Below are positions 17,735 to 27,828 of a stretch of DNA of 64,000 bases, piece by piece; position 1 is the stretch's first letter; each line of letters begins with the position of its first letter. This stretch comes from Candidatus Thorarchaeota archaeon (lineage in GTDB: Archaea; Asgardarchaeota; Thorarchaeia; Thorarchaeales; Thorarchaeaceae). The DNA is taken from contig JAGSHN010000031.1 in the NCBI GenBank assembly GCA_029855935.1, positions 32,001 through 96,000 on the forward strand, read 5' to 3'. The notes beneath the pieces are model-generated. The model saw nothing but the letters and a program-made list of their open reading frames with translations, was not told the origin of the DNA and did no database searches. A program made the position numbers and the translations under genes.

Positions 17735-17820
17735 TTAGAAAGGTGTTATGTGACATAGTAAGACCAAGGGTCAGGTACCTTTATGAGAGCCGTCACGGCA
17801 GCCACACGGGAGCGATGCTG

Positions 17821-18906
17821 ATGAAGCCCTTCTTTGTGATAGGCACACGGCCCGAGATAATCAAGACGGCCCCGGTCATCAAGGAGTTTGAGGAAAACAG
17901 GGGCATTCCTTGCTACGTGCTTCACACTGGACAGCACTACTCAAACACGATGAGCAGGACTTTCTTCGCGGACATGGACCTGAGAGAGCCCGACGAGAAC
18001 CTTCACATCGGCTCGGGGACGCACTCCGAGCAGACTGCCAAGGCGCTCATTGGAATCGAGAAGTCGCTGATGCGTGAGAGACCCAACGTGGTGCTCGTTC
18101 AGGGGGATACGAATGCCGTCTTGTCAGCAGCCCTTGCGGCAGTCAAGCTCCATATCCCGGTGGCTCATATCGAGGCCGGACTCAGGAGCTACGACCAGAG
18201 AATGCCAGAGGAACACAACCGTCGCCTCACAGACCACGCCTCGAAATATCTCTTTGCGCCCACGAAGCGCGCCGCCCAGATTCTCAGGCAGGAGAACGTC
18301 TGGGGCAAGATCTATGTGACAGGCAACACTGTCATTGACGCACTCGAGATGCGACTGCCCGCCGCACTCAATACACCTCTGCCTGCAGTGGCGTCGTCGC
18401 TGGACAACTTTGCGCTATTGACGCTGCATAGAGCTGAGAATGTTGACGACCCCAAGATACTGAGAGGACTCATCGACGGGCTGAACAGACTGGGCGACCA
18501 CATCATATTTCCCGCACATCCGCGAACCATTGCAAGACTGAACGAGTTCGGGTTGATGGACCACCTCAAGAGCGCGAATGCGATTCATCTCATCGAGCCT
18601 GTCGGCTATCTGACATTTCTCCATCTGATGGTGGCGTGTAGATACGTTCTCACCGACTCCGGGGGCATTCAAGAGGAAGTGACAGCCCCATCAATCAACA
18701 AGCGTGTCTTTGTGTTGAGGACATCCACTGAGAGGCCAGAGGCCATTGAGTCGGGTCATGCTGTGGTCGTGGGTGTCAATCCGGATGTCTTTCCCGAACT
18801 CGTCATCAAGGGCAGAGACGAGGGGCTGGACGCTGAGAGGCCCTGCCCGTACGGTGATGGTACTGCCTCAAAGAAGATTGTCGACATCCTGTTGGTTGAA
18901 AACTAG
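17821..18906 (+). CDS. wecB: UDP-N-acetylglucosamine 2-epimerase (non-hydrolysing)
   Basis: GTRPEIIK, HTGQHY, HIEAGLRS, TDSGGIQEE, YGDG. Confidence 0.95.
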   Translation: MKPFFVIGTRPEIIKTAPVIKEFEENRGIPCYVLHTGQHYSNTMSRTFFADMDLREPDENLHIGSGTHSEQTAKALIGIEKSLMRERPNVVLVQGDTNAVLSAALAAVKLHIPVAHIEAGLRSYDQRMPEEHNRRLTDHASKYLFAPTKRAAQILRQENVWGKIYVTGNTVIDALEMRLPAALNTPLPAVASSLDNFALLTLHRAENVDDPKILRGLIDGLNRLGDHIIFPAHPRTIARLNEFGLMDHLKSANAIHLIEPVGYLTFLHLMVACRYVLTDSGGIQEEVTAPSINKRVFVLRTSTERPEAIESGHAVVVGVNPDVFPELVIKGRDEGLDAERPCPYGDGTASKKIVDILLVEN

Positions 18907-19022
18907 CCTCCGAGGAGGCGAAAAACGGCCCCAAACAGGCCATTTTCGATGGAAATCCAAACAATGCTTATATGTGGGCCCTGCAAAATCGTTAATACAA
19001 CTTTTATAGAAAGGGGAAAGAA

Positions 19023-19193
19023 ATGAGCTACATAGTCAAGAGCAAGATACAGGAGTTCGCGAAGAAGAAGGGCCTAATGGTTGGAAGCGACTTCTATGGT
19101 GCACTCGACAAGGCGGTCGAGGGGCTTCTGAAGGATGCAGCAAAGCGTTGCACCGAGAACAAGAGGAAGACACTCAAGGCGTACGACTTGTAG
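19023..19193 (+). CDS. 56-aa histone-fold protein (short alpha3/face-to-face type); absent from ORF track
   Basis: MSYIVKSKIQEFAKKKGLMVGSDFYGALDKAVEGLLKDAAKRCTENKRKTLKAYDL; TATA CTTATAT ~18967. Confidence 0.85.
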   Translation: MSYIVKSKIQEFAKKKGLMVGSDFYGALDKAVEGLLKDAAKRCTENKRKTLKAYDL

Positions 19194-19212
19194 TCAGGTG
19201 CTTGGTGGACTC

Positions 19213-19251
19213 GGAAGGCGTTACATCACGCCTTCCCCTCCCTTCTTTTTC
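19213..19251 (+). terminator. Histone gene terminator
   Basis: GGAAGGCG-N8-CGCCTTCC then a C/T tract ending TTCTTTTT. Confidence 0.65.
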
Positions 19252-19314
19252 CTATCGCATGGCTTATGAGCGTGCATGCCGCTCTGAGGCTGTCCTCAGA
19301 GAGGCGGACACAAT

Positions 19315-20091
19315 ATGTACAACGTAGTACTGACCAATGATGACGGCCCGCATAGTGAGGGGCTACTCACGCTCGCCGATGCTCTCTCCAATCTAGTCGA
19401 CCTGACCGTGATAGTACCGGACGGACAGCGAAGCGCAACGGGGAAGGCTCTCACACTGAACAGGCCTCTCAGGGCGGTCACGCTGCAGCGTGACAGATAC
19501 AGACTCATCACGCACGATGGCACTCCAGCTGACTCTGTAGTCCTTGCCAGATTCTTCGTGGGCAGAATTGACCTTCTGATCTCCGGCATAAATGCGGGGG
19601 CCAACGTGGGCTACCAGAGTATGCTCACAAGCGGGACCGTGGGGGCCGCGCTCGAAGCCGCACTGAACGGCTATGCTGCCATTGCCGCCTCTGTAGAGGC
19701 CTCGCCCTCCGAGTGGTTCAATCATCAGGGGAGCGAGAGGGACTACGCACTCCCCTGCAGAGTGGTCACGGACATAGCAATGAGAGTACTAGAGAGGGGG
19801 ATGCCACCAGACACCGATGTCATCAACATCAACTTCCCCTGCGTCGTCACCGAGCACACCGAAATAGTGGTCACCCGGCCGACCAGAGTCCGGATGCGTA
19901 ATGAGGTCGTCGAACGGAAAGACCCGCACGACAGAACCTACTACTGGCTGAAAGGAATCGAGACAGAGCCAGCGCCGGGGACCGACGCCTACGTTGTGCT
20001 CAAACAACAGGGCATCTCGGTCACGCCGATACGGATAGGTGGCGCAACCGAAGAGTCGCTCTCAACGCTCAGGGAGTTTCTTGGCCTGTGA
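19315..20091 (+). CDS. surE: 5'/3'-nucleotidase SurE
   Basis: LTNDDG, GTPAD, SGINAGAN, SGTVGAA. Confidence 0.95.
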   Translation: MYNVVLTNDDGPHSEGLLTLADALSNLVDLTVIVPDGQRSATGKALTLNRPLRAVTLQRDRYRLITHDGTPADSVVLARFFVGRIDLLISGINAGANVGYQSMLTSGTVGAALEAALNGYAAIAASVEASPSEWFNHQGSERDYALPCRVVTDIAMRVLERGMPPDTDVININFPCVVTEHTEIVVTRPTRVRMRNEVVERKDPHDRTYYWLKGIETEPAPGTDAYVVLKQQGISVTPIRIGGATEESLSTLREFLGL

Positions 20092-21088
20092 CCTTTGCAA
20101 GGGCATCCCAGAGGGCATCGGTCTCGGGCCGTGGCAGCGGTTCCTGCCGACCATCGCGGGAGATCAGTCGTTCCGCAGGGTCGGCCACAAACTCCCCAAT
20201 GACGGTGGCCTCGACGCCTGCAGACTGCAGGGCTCCCGTGACACTTGCGCTGTGACCACGCTTGACAGCAATCAGCATACATCCACTGCTGATCAGACAC
20301 AGGACATCAATTCCGAGCACCTCGCAGATCCTGCGCGTGGCCTGATGTATTGGTATGCTCTCACCCCTAATCCTGACCCCAATATTGCTGGCGTCACAGA
20401 TCTCGTGGACCCCTCCAGCAAGCCCACCCTCAGTGGGATCGTGCATGGCGGTGACGTGACCAGTGGAGAAGGCAACCACACCATCCGTGACAACGCTTGT
20501 TGACATCCTCAGAGCCCGTGCCGCGGCAAGAAGGTCTTCACTCAGGAACTGCCCCAGGTAGGTATGTCCCTCAGTGGCAAGGATGGCTGTCCCCTCAAGG
20601 GCGATGCTCTTGGTCAGCACGAGCTCATCACCAGGTCTTGCGCCCGAGGAGGTCACGTATTGGCCGTTCTTGGCTAGGCCGACCATAGACCCTACCGCGA
20701 TGGGACGGTCAATTCCCTCCGTCACCTCAGTATGCCCCCCAATGACGGCGATGTCGAGTTCTCTCGCCGCAGCGTCAACCTGGGCCATCACTCGCTCGAC
20801 ATCCTCTGGTGAACTGCCGTCAGGCATTATGAGAGACAGGAGGAACCAGCGGGGTGCCACCCCAAAGGTCGCGATGTCATTGGCGTTCACATTGACGACG
20901 AGCCATCCGAGGTCCTCGATTGAGCCTGTTATCGGATCAGTCGCCATGATGAGGGCGTCCTCGCCGACGCGGACGACAGCAGCATCCTGTCCGAGCGCGG
21001 GGCCGAGCAGAACTGCAGAATCGGAGCAGCCAAGAAAGCGGAACACGTTGTCTCTCAGAACCTGTGGTGGTACCTTTCCGGGCCTCAT
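20069..21088 (-). CDS. AIR synthase/HypE-family protein
   Basis: GQDAA, TDPIT, NANDIA, IGGHTE, MHDPTEGG. Confidence 0.85.
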   Translation of the reverse strand: MRPGKVPPQVLRDNVFRFLGCSDSAVLLGPALGQDAAVVRVGEDALIMATDPITGSIEDLGWLVVNVNANDIATFGVAPRWFLLSLIMPDGSSPEDVERVMAQVDAAARELDIAVIGGHTEVTEGIDRPIAVGSMVGLAKNGQYVTSSGARPGDELVLTKSIALEGTAILATEGHTYLGQFLSEDLLAAARALRMSTSVVTDGVVAFSTGHVTAMHDPTEGGLAGGVHEICDASNIGVRIRGESIPIHQATRRICEVLGIDVLCLISSGCMLIAVKRGHSASVTGALQSAGVEATVIGEFVADPAERLISRDGRQEPLPRPETDALWDALAKVTGQETP

Positions 21089-21279
21089 GGTGCCTACACC
21101 GTCAATCAGGAATCGGGCGCTGGTGCGCACAAGTCCTGTGCCGTGGCGTATGAAAAGTGGGTTCATCGAACCCCTATACGGGGATCTCCTCACTCACTAT
21201 GGGCACCAGGCAGGTGTCGGACTTGTGCGCGCCCCAGAATCAATGCCCTCCGCTAATAACACCATCGAGTAGTGCATCT

Positions 21280-22773
21280 TCATCGCAGGTATGCCTCAGG
21301 GCTCTCAAGCGCCTCGGCCTCGAGTCGACTCCTCGACTGGCACGCGGCTATGAATAGCCCCAGGACCGATGGCTCATCAAGGACCTCTCTGAGTAGAAAC
21401 GCACGGCCGCCGGAGAGATGCGCGAGAAGGAACGCACCAAAGGACTCCCGGAATGAAGGTACGGCCAGAATTGTCTCTACGACACTGTGGTAACCGTCCT
21501 TATTCATCCTGAGCGTGGCCGCCAGCTCCAGCGCCTCATGGTATGGATGCTTGAGAAGACGGACCCAGTTCTGCTGGTCCGCCCGCAGGTTGACAGCGAC
21601 CAGGCGTACCTTGTGCCGCCTTGCCGTTCGTGCAGCGAGCACAAGGTCACGTACTGGAGTGTACTTTGCGCTACCGGGCTTCGCTGTCTGAGCAAGAGGG
21701 ATGTTGGGGGAGAAGTCAGATATGACAACGATGAGAGGCTCGATGCTGCTGTCACGCATTCGCTCTCTGCGAATGGTCTCAAGGGCCTTCATCACACCAT
21801 CTGCGAGTGGGGTCAGGCCGGACATCCTGAGCCTTGCGAGAGCGCGATAGATCTTGTTCCAGTTGCTCGTCGGCGCCTGTACCTCGATTGCGCCGCTATC
21901 CTTGAACGCAATAATTCCCACTCTGTCACGGGAGCCTCGGGTCTCACGTTCAATTCGTTCGACAATCTTGCGAATGTCACGCGCATAGCCCCGCATAGAC
22001 AGACTGACGTCAATGACTAGAATGACTGTGAGTGGGGTACGTGCGGCGAAAACCTTCTCCCGGATGTCCTCGGCCTTGATTCTGATGGGAAGTCCTGAAC
22101 GCTCTGCGCCTTGTCGGGTCACTGCGGCAAGTACCGTCGCCACAATGTCTATGCTCTGAACCTCAGCATCGGGTTCTCGTGACCTCACGGGACGCCCGTG
22201 CTGGGTGGACTCTGATGCCTTCAGCGAGCCTGTTCCACGGGAGGCCACGCGCTTTCTGATCCAGCCTCCGGAGGAAACGCGGGAACGTATGCTGGCTCGC
22301 GCCATCAAGTCCTTCGGGTCAAATATCGGCTGCCCGGAGTCGAGGTCCGGGGTCCTGACAAAGAACTCGGGCTCGAGTAGAGGACTCTCCCTGATGTCCG
22401 ACTTGGTCCCTGCGACCTTAGAATGACGGAACTCGCTGTAGGGACGCGTTGCAGTCCCCACCTCGTCGCCCTCCTCTGCCTCCGCTGGACCGGGCTCCAC
22501 AACATCGATTCCAGCAGCAGGACCACTCTTTCTTCGGAGCATAGTCCTCAGCCAGTACCTGACGAACAGATAGATGGATGGAACTGCTATGACTGTGTCA
22601 ACTATGATGAGGGGGATCGATGGGATGACGCCGGGAGGATAGCCAGCAAGGATGTTCAATGGACTGAACAGCAGTGTCATCAGATACATGCTGGCCGATA
22701 CCATCAAGATGGCCAGAATAGTCCCCCGGATAGGATGCCCCACCGGGTTTCGAATCTTAGACGCAGTTTTTTT
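21280..22773 (-). CDS. ChlD-like C-terminal part (2 TM + vWA), reached by -1 frameshift from the upstream ChlI-like ORF
   Basis: v[19 protein letters not shown]; frame opens immediately after TAA at the A9 run. Confidence 0.75.
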   Translation of the reverse strand, partial: KKTASKIRNPVGHPIRGTILAILMVSASMYLMTLLFSPLNILAGYPPGVIPSIPLIIVDTVIAVPSIYLFVRYWLRTMLRRKSGPAAGIDVVEPGPAEAEEGDEVGTATRPYSEFRHSKVAGTKSDIRESPLLEPEFFVRTPDLDSGQPIFDPKDLMARASIRSRVSSGGWIRKRVASRGTGSLKASESTQHGRPVRSREPDAEVQSIDIVATVLAAVTRQGAERSGLPIRIKAEDIREKVFAARTPLTVILVIDVSLSMRGYARDIRKIVERIERETRGSRDRVGIIAFKDSGAIEVQAPTSNWNKIYRALARLRMSGLTPLADGVMKALETIRRERMRDSSIEPLIVVISDFSPNIPLAQTAKPGSAKYTPVRDLVLAARTARRHKVRLVAVNLRADQQNWVRLLKHPYHEALELAATLRMNKDGYHSVVETILAVPSFRESFGAFLLAHLSGGRAFLLREVLDEPSVLGLFIAACQSRSRLEAEALESPEAYLR

Positions 22774-23942
22774 TTACCACCCTCGGACGCCGACTCTGCG
22801 TAGCTCTTTCCGCGACCAAATCTCCCGCCGCTAAACCTCCGTCCAGTCGACTCACCAGAGGACGGCACCTCAGTGGGCGAGTGTCTGTGTTCCTTCTTTC
22901 TGGCAAGGTCCATCGCGCGTACAATGGCCTCATCGATGTCCTGCGGAGCAGGCGGCTCCAAGAGCCCTCCACGCCGTGTCCTATGACTCAGTGCGAGCTG
23001 CGCAGCAAGCCGGATGTCATCGAGATTGACCTCAGTGCGACCCTGAAATGCCGCGTGCGTGATGGCGGTCTTGCTGATGATTATGTCTGGTCGGACGCCA
23101 TCCACCTCAAGAGCGTCGCACGCCATCGCAACCGCTCGCAGAGTAGCGTTCGACATCACGACACTGGAGAGGGACTCCCTCGCTCTCATGATCCGCTCGC
23201 GCAGCGACTCCTCGGCCTCAGCCCAGTTCTGATGAAAGTCCTGCGGGGAGCGCTCAAAGTCTAGGTTGCGGCGTACAAGCTCCATCCTCTGTTCGATTGT
23301 GAGCCCTCTGCCAACGGCCACATGCAAAGGGAATCTGTCGAGCAACTGAGGTCTGAGCTCACCCTCCTCGGGGTTCATTGTCCCAATGAGGATGAAGTCC
23401 GATGGGTGGGATATGGAAATTCCCTCGCGTTCAATCACATTGACCTTGGTGGCCGCAGCATCGAGCAGGTCGTCAACCAGATGGTCGGGCAAGAGATTGA
23501 CCTCATCGACATAGAGTACGTTCTGATTCGCCTCGGCCAGTATTCCAGGTCGCAGGGCCTGTATCCCCTCCTGCAGAACACGTTCTATGTCAATCGAGCC
23601 GATGAGCCGATCCTCCGTTGCGGATAGGGGCAGGTTCACCACACGCATCTTTCTCTTCGTTCTAGGAAGACTGCCCTCCTGCTCAAGACGCTCACGACAC
23701 TCGGCGCACAGGGCCTCGGGGAAGTTCGGATTACAGCTGAAGCGGCACCCCTCCACAACCTCGACCTCAGGGAGGAGATCGGCAAAGGCCCGCACGATGG
23801 TCGTCTTTCCTGTCCCCTTCGGACCGGAGACCAGAACGCCGCCAATTCTCGGATTGATACCATTCAGAATCAGTGCCAGCTTGAGCTGGTCTAGGTCAAC
23901 GATGGCTGTAAATGGGAGGTAGAGGCGTGCACCACGCTGCAA
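22704..23942 (-). CDS. Mg/Co chelatase subunit I-like AAA+ ATPase
   Basis: [40 protein letters not shown]; TTG start inferred. Confidence 0.9.
   Translation of the reverse strand: MQRGARLYLPFTAIVDLDQLKLALILNGINPRIGGVLVSGPKGTGKTTIVRAFADLLPEVEVVEGCRFSCNPNFPEALCAECRERLEQEGSLPRTKRKMRVVNLPLSATEDRLIGSIDIERVLQEGIQALRPGILAEANQNVLYVDEVNLLPDHLVDDLLDAAATKVNVIEREGISISHPSDFILIGTMNPEEGELRPQLLDRFPLHVAVGRGLTIEQRMELVRRNLDFERSPQDFHQNWAEAEESLRERIMRARESLSSVVMSNATLRAVAMACDALEVDGVRPDIIISKTAITHAAFQGRTEVNLDDIRLAAQLALSHRTRRGGLLEPPAPQDIDEAIVRAMDLARKKEHRHSPTEVPSSGESTGRRFSGGRFGRGKSYAESASEGGKKKLRLRFETRWGILSGGLFWPS
22767..22775 (-). other. Slippery A9 frameshift site
   Basis: T-AAA-AAA-AAA-C; downstream hairpin at 22725..22747. 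Confidence 0.7.
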
Positions 23943-24066
23943 GACAACTGCCCCTTGGTCTTTGACAGATGGTGCGGTGGAAGCTTCTTGTAATAAATCA
24001 GTCGAATCACGTGCTCGCTGGCCGAACCAGTGCAATACAAATAGAGGGGAAGGAACGGGTGTAGCG

Positions 24067-25230
24067 GTGTTTCAGGATTTGTTCTCGGCGCTCCATCATC
24101 TCAAGTGTCCAAACTGTGGCAAGGAGTACTCGGCCGACACGGTTGTAGGTACTTGTGACTGCGGCTCGCCCCTGTTTGTCATATACCATATGCGTGTTGT
24201 AGAGGAGGCCATGCGGGTCGATCTCTTCCCCACAGGGGTGAACTCGCTATGGCGATACTCGATGCTGCTACCACTGAGGTCACCACAGTATGTGATCACT
24301 CTGGGCGAGGGTTGGACTCCACTCATTCAGGCACCGCGTCTGTCGGAGCACTACGGACTGAGGATGCTGCGAGTCAAGTGCGAGAGCCAGAACCCCACCG
24401 GCTCGTTCAAGGATCGCGGACTCAGTGTGACGGTCTCAAGACACGTAGAACTCGGCTGTGACAAGTTCGCCCTCCCGACAGCCGGCAATGCTGGGGTCGC
24501 ACTGAGCGCGTACTGCGCGCGGGCGGGCGTGAGATGCAGAGTCTATATGCCAGAGGACACTCCGGACAGGTTTGTCAAGGAGTGCGAGAGATACGGGGCA
24601 GAGGTATTCAGAGTCGAGGGGACAATCAGCGAGTGCAGAGCAGCAATGATAGCGGAGTCGCCGGACTTTGTCGACCTGTCGACGACAAGAGAACCGTATC
24701 GCGTCGAGGGCAAGAAGACAATCGGCTTCGAGATAGCTGAGCAACTGGAGTGGAATATGCCCGATGTCATAGTCTGTCCGACAGGCGGCGGTACTGCGCT
24801 CCTCGGGATCTGGAAGGCCATAGGCGAGCTCCGCGCGCTCGGCCTGATGGACAAGCACGATGGTCCTCGTCTTGTTGCTGCTCAGAGCGAGCACTGCGCC
24901 CCTGTCGTCAGAGCAGTGGAGAGAGGTGACTCGCAGGTGGAAACCTGGGAGGGGCCCGAGACCGCAGCGTTGGGCCTCAGGGTCCCCAGTCCCTTTGCGA
25001 AGAAGCTGATTCCCAAGGCGATACGTCAGACAAAGGGCACCGCAGTGGCGGTCGCAGAGAACGACATGTGGGAGGCACAGAGACTCGCTGCAAAGCTCGA
25101 AGGGTTGGACATCGGACCTGAGGCCGCCGTCGGCCTCGCGGGAATAGGTAACCTTGTTGAGGCCGGCGAGATAGATCCAGACGAAGAAGTGGTGCTGCTC
25201 AACACCGGAGGGTCTGCAAGGTATGGGTAG
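24067..25230 (+). CDS. thrC: Threonine synthase-like PLP enzyme
   Basis: N-terminal CxxC..Cx[25 protein letters not shown]. Confidence 0.85.
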   Translation: MFQDLFSALHHLKCPNCGKEYSADTVVGTCDCGSPLFVIYHMRVVEEAMRVDLFPTGVNSLWRYSMLLPLRSPQYVITLGEGWTPLIQAPRLSEHYGLRMLRVKCESQNPTGSFKDRGLSVTVSRHVELGCDKFALPTAGNAGVALSAYCARAGVRCRVYMPEDTPDRFVKECERYGAEVFRVEGTISECRAAMIAESPDFVDLSTTREPYRVEGKKTIGFEIAEQLEWNMPDVIVCPTGGGTALLGIWKAIGELRALGLMDKHDGPRLVAAQSEHCAPVVRAVERGDSQVETWEGPETAALGLRVPSPFAKKLIPKAIRQTKGTAVAVAENDMWEAQRLAAKLEGLDIGPEAAVGLAGIGNLVEAGEIDPDEEVVLLNTGGSARYG

Positions 25231-25363
25231 AACGGGCCGTTGTAGCTCGTTCCGCAGATGTGGTCGGCCAACGAGGTATGTCCAAGACGCACTTGAGAGA
25301 GAGGAAGACGAGGGGGAGGAGAGAGACGATAGTCCTGCTCCAGACGTATTGTCTTCGTGCTCC

Positions 25364-26008
25364 TCATTCTCGAGCCTGTGGCATGACATGCGGGAGAATG
25401 GCCCGCAGGTCGTTCTCCTCCACAACCACATGTGCAGCACGGGCTACCTCTTCGTCTTCGGGCATAAAGGCAATCGCAAGGCCGACAACAGACATTGCGT
25501 CAACATCATTGCGTCCGTCACCGACGAATGCTGTCTCCCTGAGCGACACGCCAAGGTCAGAGGCGATTCTCTCCACTATCTCCTTCTTCTGACCCCAGCC
25601 GACATTCGTCTCGACCTCTCCGGTCAGGACACCGTCGCGATGTATCAGACGATTGGTCACGACGTACGATATCCCCAGGCGTCGAGCGACGTCCTCCGCA
25701 AGAACGTCAAGCCCACCAGACAGAATCGCCGTCCTGATGCCAGCATCGTGGAGCGCCTGCACCGCCTCACGGGCCCCGGGTACGAGGCGCGTCTCGCGGA
25801 CCACCCTGAGGACCTCATCAATGCGACGCCCCCTCCATAGACCTGCGTCGAGGTCGGCCCACTCGTTGTACGAGATCTCTCCAGCGAAGAACATATCGTA
25901 GTACTTGCGCCCCTCATCGGTGGTCCCGAACAGCTGATGTAGGCGCCACCAGATACTGCTGTGCTGTGTCAGGGTACCGTCCGCATCAAATACAACAAGT
26001 CGAATCAT
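25364..26008 (-). CDS. HAD-IB phosphoserine-phosphatase-like hydrolase
   Basis: FDADGTL, SGG, VGDGRND. Confidence 0.85.
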   Translation of the reverse strand: MIRLVVFDADGTLTQHSSIWWRLHQLFGTTDEGRKYYDMFFAGEISYNEWADLDAGLWRGRRIDEVLRVVRETRLVPGAREAVQALHDAGIRTAILSGGLDVLAEDVARRLGISYVVTNRLIHRDGVLTGEVETNVGWGQKKEIVERIASDLGVSLRETAFVGDGRNDVDAMSVVGLAIAFMPEDEEVARAAHVVVEENDLRAILPHVMPQARE

Positions 26009-26069
26009 GTCGGAGAGTCACCATTGGTGCGGGCCCTTACGCGAGTATGGAACATAGCATACTGCGGAT

Positions 26070-26705
26070 TCACTCGCCCGCGGCCTCACGAGAGAGGCGT
26101 GCAATCACCTCATCAATCTTCGCATCGTGCCCCTCCACCTCGGGCTCCTGTTGAGGTACGTCACTCCCGGGTGAGGGAAGAACACCCTCGCGCTCCAAGA
26201 GGACCTCGGCCTCGATCGATGCGAGACGCCTGTCAACCGCGGATTCAATCTCGGACGCACCCAGCGATGGAGAGATGTCCTCTGACAGGAAGTCGGTCGC
26301 AAGTGAGACCCTGTCGATGACCGAGCTCAATCTATCAAGCTCGCTGCGAATCTCTGTCGGGTTGATGGACTTGGCCGCCTCCTCAAGGACCTCCCGGGAC
26401 TTCCGTATGGCCTTTACTATCTCCTGTTGAGAACGGGCATTCTCAATCTGTAGCTGGACGGTACGTAGCGTGACCATCTGCTGTTGAACCTGAGTACGTT
26501 GGGCCCTCAATGACTCGGCGTTGCGGACATAGGCCCTTGCAAGTGCATCGTCACCCTCGCGGACCGCAGCACGAGCCAAGTCAAGGTTATGGTCGATCTC
26601 CGCCCCATATCTCCGAGACATCATCTCCAAGTTATTGATCATACCGCGAATGTCAAGGATGTGCTTCTCGACATCGACCGACCTGCGTCCGCTAAGAAAA
26701 CCCAT
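26070..26705 (-). CDS. ESCRT-III (Snf7/CdvB-family) protein
   Basis: MGFLSGRR amphipathic start; helical hairpin ARAAVREGD..LARAYV; acidic C-terminus with terminal helix IDEVIARL. Confidence 0.8.
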   Translation of the reverse strand: MGFLSGRRSVDVEKHILDIRGMINNLEMMSRRYGAEIDHNLDLARAAVREGDDALARAYVRNAESLRAQRTQVQQQMVTLRTVQLQIENARSQQEIVKAIRKSREVLEEAAKSINPTEIRSELDRLSSVIDRVSLATDFLSEDISPSLGASEIESAVDRRLASIEAEVLLEREGVLPSPGSDVPQQEPEVEGHDAKIDEVIARLSREAAGE

Positions 26706-26860
26706 CTTGCCCACCGGGATTATGGCCACTGTGAGTAGTTCCGTAGCCACGGTTTTTAAAGCGTTGTAGCACGCTGGCTAATACACGACCAAGAAGTCAC
26801 AGTCCTATCCTCGGGAGGCCTACCCGAGACTCGGGACAACAGACAAAGCAGTGATGCCAG

Positions 26861-27676
26861 ATGGGAGTGAGAGATCTTCTTGAGGAGGCTGCCCAGGCCG
26901 CTATTGAGGTCGTGAGAGAGAACACGGCGATTGCAAGTGAACTGACGGGAACACGCAATCCGTTCGGAGACAAGACCCTGGTCCTTGACAGACGCGCAGA
27001 GGAGGCCATCATAGAGGTAATTCGGAGCTGGTCGGTCCCCACTGCCATTCTCTCGGAGGAGGCTGGAATTATATTGTCGGAGGAGGAGCCCGAGTATCTG
27101 GCGGTGATAGATCCCATTGATGGCTCCGCGAACCTTGAGCGGCGCATCCCTCTGTGCTCGGTGGGCATTGCACTGGTCCCATACTCAGACAGAATGTCTA
27201 TGCACGACGTGGAGGCTAGCCTCGTTAGGTCGTACTTCACCGATGAGGTCTATGTTGCAATCAGAGGAGAGGGCGCATTCAGGAATGGTGAGAGAGTGAG
27301 AGTGAGGGAGGAGGTCCCAATCGAGGAGGCAATCATCTCATACGATACGAAGAAGAGATGGGACAGGGAGTTTACCGACTCATCGATACGCGTGCTGTCT
27401 TCAGTGCGAGATATGCGCAGATCGGCCAGCAATCTGCTGGACCTCTGCTGGGTGGCCGGGGGATCTCTCGATGCAATGGTCGACCTGAGGAACATCCTTC
27501 CCATAGTACACATAATGGGGACGCACATCGTACTGGAGGCGGGCGGGACTGTCGTCGGAGTTGACGGCAAGACGCTCGACCTTGAGATATCGATGACCAA
27601 TCGGATGAGCTTTGTCGCGGCCAGCGGACCAAGACTTGCTGAGGACATCAGACAGAGGTTTGTGGGAGTCGCCTGA
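26861..27676 (+). CDS. Inositol monophosphatase/FBPase
   Basis: SEEAG, IDPIDGS, DLCWVAGG. Confidence 0.9.
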   Translation: MGVRDLLEEAAQAAIEVVRENTAIASELTGTRNPFGDKTLVLDRRAEEAIIEVIRSWSVPTAILSEEAGIILSEEEPEYLAVIDPIDGSANLERRIPLCSVGIALVPYSDRMSMHDVEASLVRSYFTDEVYVAIRGEGAFRNGERVRVREEVPIEEAIISYDTKKRWDREFTDSSIRVLSSVRDMRRSASNLLDLCWVAGGSLDAMVDLRNILPIVHIMGTHIVLEAGGTVVGVDGKTLDLEISMTNRMSFVAASGPRLAEDIRQRFVGVA

Positions 27677-27828
27677 GAGCCGGACTGTTCGATGTGGCTG
27701 ACGATCCCAGAAAAAGTCGACCTCAGCCTCATATTTCAGTCTGAAACACTCGCTCGACTCTTTGAAACAGTTCCTGTTCCTAAGAGGTTAAAAGGCTGAC
27801 ACAGGTGTTCTCGGATGAGGAGTTAACT

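Larger units (their letters stand above)
1..17760. mobile_element. Integrated provirus/virus-like element, left end outside window
   Basis: Tightly overlapping (ATGA/GTGA) genes with GGAGG RBSs; spike-like protein, ATPase, divergent regulators, SF3 helicase, MTase and terminal tyrosine integrase; housekeeping genes resume at wecB. Confidence 0.9.

Noticed and set aside
3334-25440. Long antisense or alternative-frame ORFs (e.g. 3334..4176, 6536..7462, 12235..13002, 24436..25440)
   Set aside because: Shadows of well-supported genes in GC-rich DNA; no motifs.
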